DNA of 64,000 nucleotides from a virus. Lineage: Duplodnaviria; Heunggongvirae; Uroviricota; Caudoviricetes. The translations under genes and the position numbers were made by a program. Shown here piece after piece: positions 59,842-64,000 of the stretch (its first letter is position 1; the number at the start of each line of letters is the position of its first letter). The DNA is taken from IMG/VR virus record IMGVR_UViG_2675903278_000002. One strand, 5' to 3'. The notes under the pieces were generated by a model that searched no databases, had not been told where the DNA came from, and was given only the letters and a program-made list of their open reading frames with translations.

Positions 59842-59870
59842 CAAGGGCCAAATGGCCCTTGTGTTTCGTT
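59842..59870 (+). terminator. Rho-independent terminator
   Basis: CAAGGGCC-AAAT-GGCCCTTG followed by TGTTTCGTT. Confidence 0.65.
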
Positions 59871-59977
59871 GACCGAAATAGAGAGTTTGCACCTTTACGT
59901 TTAGCTTGCTCCCCTTTTATGCCACATCACAATAAAGCCAATAAGAAAACAACTTGTTTAAGCATTAGGAAAAACAC

Positions 59978-60547
59978 ATGTGCAAGAAATGCAAAGCGAT
60001 AGCTGATGAACAAAACGCCTTATTCGAAGAAATGGATGCTAATGAACTGGTCAAAATGTTAGCCATTCTTCGAGGAATAGAAGACGTTTCCATATTTGAG
60101 AGAGTGGTTACAGCACTTAATTTTGAGTCCACCTTTGAAGAGCCAACTCAGGTTGTAGCTTTAGCACATCATTTCGGTGTTCATTATCTTGCTGAAAAAG
60201 AGCGCGCTGATAAGTTGCAGGCGACTTTGGATATGGTGAGCGAGACTCAACGAACTGATGACACTAACAAGAGTGAGGCGATTATTGCCAGCAAAGATCG
60301 TGAAATTGCTGGGCTTAAATCCTCTCTAACGATGTTGATGTCTGCGTTCAATCTTATGTCTTCTCAGGCGGGTTATAAAATGCCATCACTAAACAGCGAT
60401 GATCCGATGGCCGTTCGTCAGCTTTTGGGAGCAATGGCCGACCAACTCGACGACACAAAGAGTCGGCTTGAAGACATGATGCGTGAGTTAAGCCATCGAC
60501 ATAACCTCGCAACACAGCCACACAAAGCCTTTCAAAGCTCTAATTGA
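59978..60547 (+). CDS. Hypothetical protein
   Basis: 189 aa ORF with GGAAAAACACATG start context. Confidence 0.5.
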   Translation: MCKKCKAIADEQNALFEEMDANELVKMLAILRGIEDVSIFERVVTALNFESTFEEPTQVVALAHHFGVHYLAEKERADKLQATLDMVSETQRTDDTNKSEAIIASKDREIAGLKSSLTMLMSAFNLMSSQAGYKMPSLNSDDPMAVRQLLGAMADQLDDTKSRLEDMMRELSHRHNLATQPHKAFQSSN

Positions 60548-60602
60548 TCTGATATGGCCGCATGATCGGCCATATTGTGTTGATAAAAAACAAGGATGAA
60601 AA

Positions 60603-60884
60603 ATGGCATACGGTACAGGGATTTACAACAATAAAGGAATTAACGTTACTGGCTTCCTTACTCCTATTTTTTTTCTTGATCGATTTACTGCGTCATCAGG
60701 CTCTAAGACGTACTCCAATCCGCCACCGGGTAAATCGCTACATGCCGTGTGGTCATTGATGCCTCTTAACAACGACAACTACATTAATTTACCTGTTCCA
60801 ACAGTTACTATTAATGGAAATACGGTTAGTTGGTCAAATTTATATACGGGGCTTGGTTCTTACATATACACATACTGGGGATAA
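60603..60884 (+). CDS. Hypothetical protein
   Basis: 93 aa ORF in an AT-rich segment. Confidence 0.35.
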   Translation: MAYGTGIYNNKGINVTGFLTPIFFLDRFTASSGSKTYSNPPPGKSLHAVWSLMPLNNDNYINLPVPTVTINGNTVSWSNLYTGLGSYIYTYWG

Positions 60885-60886
60885 TT

Positions 60887-61501
60887 ATGTTCGGGATGTC
60901 AATTACTCAATCAGATGGAAGTTTGTGGATGAGTCCAGAATTTACTCCGCAAAATCTGATTAATAAAGGGACAATGTCTACATCTAAAGGTTCTGTTTTT
61001 CAAACATCAATCCCATCAAACAAATCATGCTTTTTCTTCATAAAAAGCAGTAATAAGGCGAACATGATGTTTATTCATGAGCATAGTAACGGATACAATG
61101 CTCTCAGATTGCATCAGGTAAATGGTAGCCCCGGAACAATAACAGTTTATGCTTTTTCTGATATGGTGTTACCACATTCTGGCTATGGCATTGCCATGTA
61201 TAACAGCGCAGGCGCAATGGTGTATCACGGTGAGATGATGCCCCTTGATGCGAAACTTATCACTATTTCTGACCCTCAATTTACAATAGATATGGGGTAT
61301 CCATGTGCGGTAATGCCTGCTATGGTTGGGGTATATAACTATAGACGAACCGATTACGACAGACCTGTCTATGTAACAATGACAGGTGCAACTGGAAACC
61401 AAGTATATAACGGTCAATGGTATTCCGGTAATGTCACATGGGATATTAAGAAGATTTATACAAACAAAATTCTGGTGATAAATACCTCCAAGTATGATTA
61501 G
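60887..61501 (+). CDS. Hypothetical protein (possibly secreted or membrane)
   Basis: ORF 60830..61501; ATG 60887 follows a GGGGA RBS and the upstream stop; AT-rich. Confidence 0.4.
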   Translation: MFGMSITQSDGSLWMSPEFTPQNLINKGTMSTSKGSVFQTSIPSNKSCFFFIKSSNKANMMFIHEHSNGYNALRLHQVNGSPGTITVYAFSDMVLPHSGYGIAMYNSAGAMVYHGEMMPLDAKLITISDPQFTIDMGYPCAVMPAMVGVYNYRRTDYDRPVYVTMTGATGNQVYNGQWYSGNVTWDIKKIYTNKILVINTSKYD

Positions 61502-61604
61502 CCAATGCCTTTATTTGAAGGATTGCCTGTTTATTTCTATTTAGTACCTTTTCATTTTTGAAATAATTGCACCATTAAACAAATCACTTCTTAATGGTGC
61601 AATT

Positions 61605-63290
61605 ATGAATACAGCCCTTTCCATCATCGACGATGCCAACTCAAACACTGCTATCGACTATCGGCAGGAAATGAACGTCATCCACGAAATTGTGGCCGAG
61701 TGCGAGAAAGAGATCGCCTTCATGTATCAGGTACACGACTTCGTTTATGGCGACGAACGCCACAACATGATTAATCGCCTGCTGAGACTAAACCATCGAC
61801 CAGATGAAGATCGCTCGCGTTTAAATCGAGGTTGGTTGGATAAAGTCGATCTGGAATGGGTGAAACAGAATATTTGGGCCGAGTACTGGAGGAAGGTCAC
61901 GGACATGACTAACGTTTTGCTGATCATGCCAGCTTCCCGTCGAGATGAGTGGCGCGAGCAGTTTATAGAGGGCAAACAGGAAGTCATCAAAACTGACAGA
62001 ACCGGCTACCAGATGAAGGTTAAAGAGTTCGTTGGTGTACCGGAGTTCAAAGCAGAAACGGTCATACCCACGATGCTTAATTTGCTGAATGACAGGCACA
62101 AATATCTCTCTGAGCGCGTGTATGGCTTGTTTAAGGCGCTGAGTCCTGCGCACAAGACAAATAAGACAAACGGTTTCAGCGAACGTCTGATAATCGCTGA
62201 CTGCATTTCTGATTTCTGGCGGGACAGCGTTAGTGTGAACTATCGCAAAGAGGACTATATCGACGATCTGCGTGTCTTGCTTCATTTCTTCGCGCACAAA
62301 GAATTTATTACCATCAACCGCACTGCTGAGGTGCTATCAGCTGCGTATCGGGCAAACGACTGCCAGACCGGTGACTGGATGAACGTCGATGGAAATCTAA
62401 TGCGCGTGAAGATGTTCAAGAACGGCAACGTTCACTTTGAAATACATCCTGACGTGGCCTGGAAGTTGAATGAGGTGCTGGCTTACAGTATGCCTGCTGC
62501 AATCCCCGCGCCATGTCGCACCGCGCCAAAAACACGGGCACCAAAGCAGTTCGGGTTAATCCAGAAGACGATCTCCGTGCCGGTTCGCACTGCGCTTCGT
62601 GACGGGCGATTAAGCAAAGACAAAGGCGTATGGTACTTCTCTGATTCAGCTCTCCAGAAGTCGCAGGTGGAAGAGCTTGAGCGCACACTGAGCTTCATTG
62701 GCGGCGTGCAGGAGAAAAAGCACTGGCAGTTCCCGTATGAGATCGGCCATACGCTAAATACGATTGTGGCTACCGGATTAATACCGGATACAAAATCACA
62801 CCAGTTCTACCCTACCCCACGCTTGATTGCTGAGTACGTTGCCAGAGCCACTGAATTGAAGTCTGGTGAGAAGCTGCTGGAGCCTCAAGCCGGACGTGGG
62901 GATCTTCTGGCCTATATCAACGCCGATCTGGAAGATGTTACCTGCATAGAAATCGCACCTCTCTTCGCTGATATCCTGCGCGGAAAAGGGTATACGAACA
63001 CGATTTGCTGCGACTTCATAAAGTGGTCTGAGGACAACGTAGGTTATCAGTTCGACAAAATCGTTATGAACCCGCCGTACTCGCTTGGTCGTCATAGAGA
63101 GCACACGCTGGCTGCGCTGGGGCATCTGAAAGTCGGCGGGCGTCTTGTAGCAGTATTGCCGGGCACTGCGCCAATACTGGACTGGATGACGATGGATAAT
63201 TACGTTTATGCCAGAGGGAAGTCGTTTACCAACGAGTTTGAAGACACAGGGATCACAGTCAGCGTATACGTTTTCAAACGCGTTAAATGA
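61605..63290 (+). CDS. Large protein with C-terminal DNA methyltransferase domain (N6-adenine or N4-cytosine class) and an uncharacterised N-terminal domain of about 400 aa
   Basis: C-terminal SAM-binding-like LEPQAGRGDL and catalytic NPPYS. Confidence 0.55.
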   Translation: MNTALSIIDDANSNTAIDYRQEMNVIHEIVAECEKEIAFMYQVHDFVYGDERHNMINRLLRLNHRPDEDRSRLNRGWLDKVDLEWVKQNIWAEYWRKVTDMTNVLLIMPASRRDEWREQFIEGKQEVIKTDRTGYQMKVKEFVGVPEFKAETVIPTMLNLLNDRHKYLSERVYGLFKALSPAHKTNKTNGFSERLIIADCISDFWRDSVSVNYRKEDYIDDLRVLLHFFAHKEFITINRTAEVLSAAYRANDCQTGDWMNVDGNLMRVKMFKNGNVHFEIHPDVAWKLNEVLAYSMPAAIPAPCRTAPKTRAPKQFGLIQKTISVPVRTALRDGRLSKDKGVWYFSDSALQKSQVEELERTLSFIGGVQEKKHWQFPYEIGHTLNTIVATGLIPDTKSHQFYPTPRLIAEYVARATELKSGEKLLEPQAGRGDLLAYINADLEDVTCIEIAPLFADILRGKGYTNTICCDFIKWSEDNVGYQFDKIVMNPPYSLGRHREHTLAALGHLKVGGRLVAVLPGTAPILDWMTMDNYVYARGKSFTNEFEDTGITVSVYVFKRVK

Positions 63291-63351
63291 TAGGTAAATA
63301 CTTACCTAATTTGTGTAAGAATGTAGTTACTAAACGATAAGAGAAAAACAC

Positions 63352-64000
63352 ATGAACAACCTCCAGTTAGAGCATTTTAACGTCACAGGCCATTCTGATT
63401 TTCCTTTCAAGTTTACATTGAAAGGTTATGCAGAGGATGCGGTAGGCCAGATCATTATTGATAAAGGCATCGTTAAGTTTGAGGGGGATTTTGATGAATC
63501 CGCGAAAACATTCATAGACTTCGTTGCCAAACGTTGGAGCGAGCAATGGAAAAACCTGGAAAAGCGCGCCAATGAGTTTGATCGGTTCATGGATGCAATG
63601 GATACAGCAAAAGAGGCTCTTGATGCCGGGACTCCGTTAGATCTGGAGTCACTTTTCAACGGCGAAGTGGCCTCTGCGATGTTCGCCACCATGTTCGCGG
63701 GTGAGTTCGTCCGCAGCGGTGCCAAAAACTACCTTGAGCTGGATTACAACGTCCCTGCAATTGGCGATTTCGTCGTTACCATCCAACGCAAAGAAGGTAA
63801 GACGCCAGGTGAACGCGTCGCAGAACTTGAGGCTGTTGTGGATCAGCGTAACGGAGAGTGTGACCGTTTGATCAACGAGCTTCATGCACTTCGGGAAGAA
63901 AGAATATGCGCGGGTAGCAATACACGTAATGCAGCGGATATCTACTTCCAGTTAGTTGAGGAATGCCAGATTCCACCAGGCGGCTCTCTTGTCGATTACG
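63352..64000 (+). CDS. Hypothetical protein, 3' partial (runs off the window)
   Basis: Open frame from ATG 63352 to the window end with GAAAAACACATG start context; absent from the ORF track, presumably because no stop lies in the window. Confidence 0.45.
   Translation, partial: MNNLQLEHFNVTGHSDFPFKFTLKGYAEDAVGQIIIDKGIVKFEGDFDESAKTFIDFVAKRWSEQWKNLEKRANEFDRFMDAMDTAKEALDAGTPLDLESLFNGEVASAMFATMFAGEFVRSGAKNYLELDYNVPAIGDFVVTIQRKEGKTPGERVAELEAVVDQRNGECDRLINELHALREERICAGSNTRNAADIYFQLVEECQIPPGGSLVDY

Noticed and set aside
1-64000. Insertion sequences or transposons and rRNA genes
   Set aside because: No transposase-like ORF or terminal inverted repeats bounding a transposase, and no rRNA-like conserved sequence, were seen; the only recombinase is the tyrosine recombinase at 21015..22118

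Overview
The window reads as a contiguous stretch of an SSU5/pHCM2-like enterobacterial phage-plasmid, roughly 50% GC, with genes almost all on the + strand. From 5' to 3': a large tail fiber gene (frame open to the window start) with an internal duplicated fiber repeat and a C-terminal intramolecular chaperone domain; a glycine-rich protein; a lysis cassette with overlapping spanin genes; a GNAT/DUF1778 toxin-antitoxin pair; a ParA/RHH partition module; a strongly AT-rich KAP-family P-loop NTPase cargo gene; a replisome block (DnaB-like helicase, primase, ATP-dependent ligase); a tRNA island (Asn, Thr, Ser) embedded in hairpin-bounded structured elements; glutaredoxin; a tyrosine recombinase beside a perfect lox-like palindrome; an XRE-type regulator; a vWA/AAA+ (CobT/CobS-like) pair; DNA polymerase III alpha; a minus-strand islet (CspA plus a two-gene operon); gp32-like SSB, flap endonuclease and RecA-like recombinase; an SPFH lipoprotein; an iteron-flanked RepA-type initiator with DnaA boxes (plasmid origin); SbcD/SbcC and a RuvC-like resolvase; a nucleotide-metabolism block (NrdA, NrdB, MazG-like, thymidylate synthase, DHFR, P-loop kinase, DnaQ-like exonuclease); an orphan Dam-type methyltransferase; RNase H; and a second, larger methyltransferase-domain protein. 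All functional calls are from motifs recognised by eye in the supplied translations; no database search was run. The most interesting unexplained signals are three recurring intergenic motif families (an AAACAA-N-TTGTTT palindrome, a GATAGGTAAGTACTTACCTATC-like palindrome in about 18 copies, and a GGAAAAACACATG start context), the KAP NTPase island, the lox-like site, the tRNA-island hairpin modules and a roughly 500 bp structured non-coding region upstream of RNase H.
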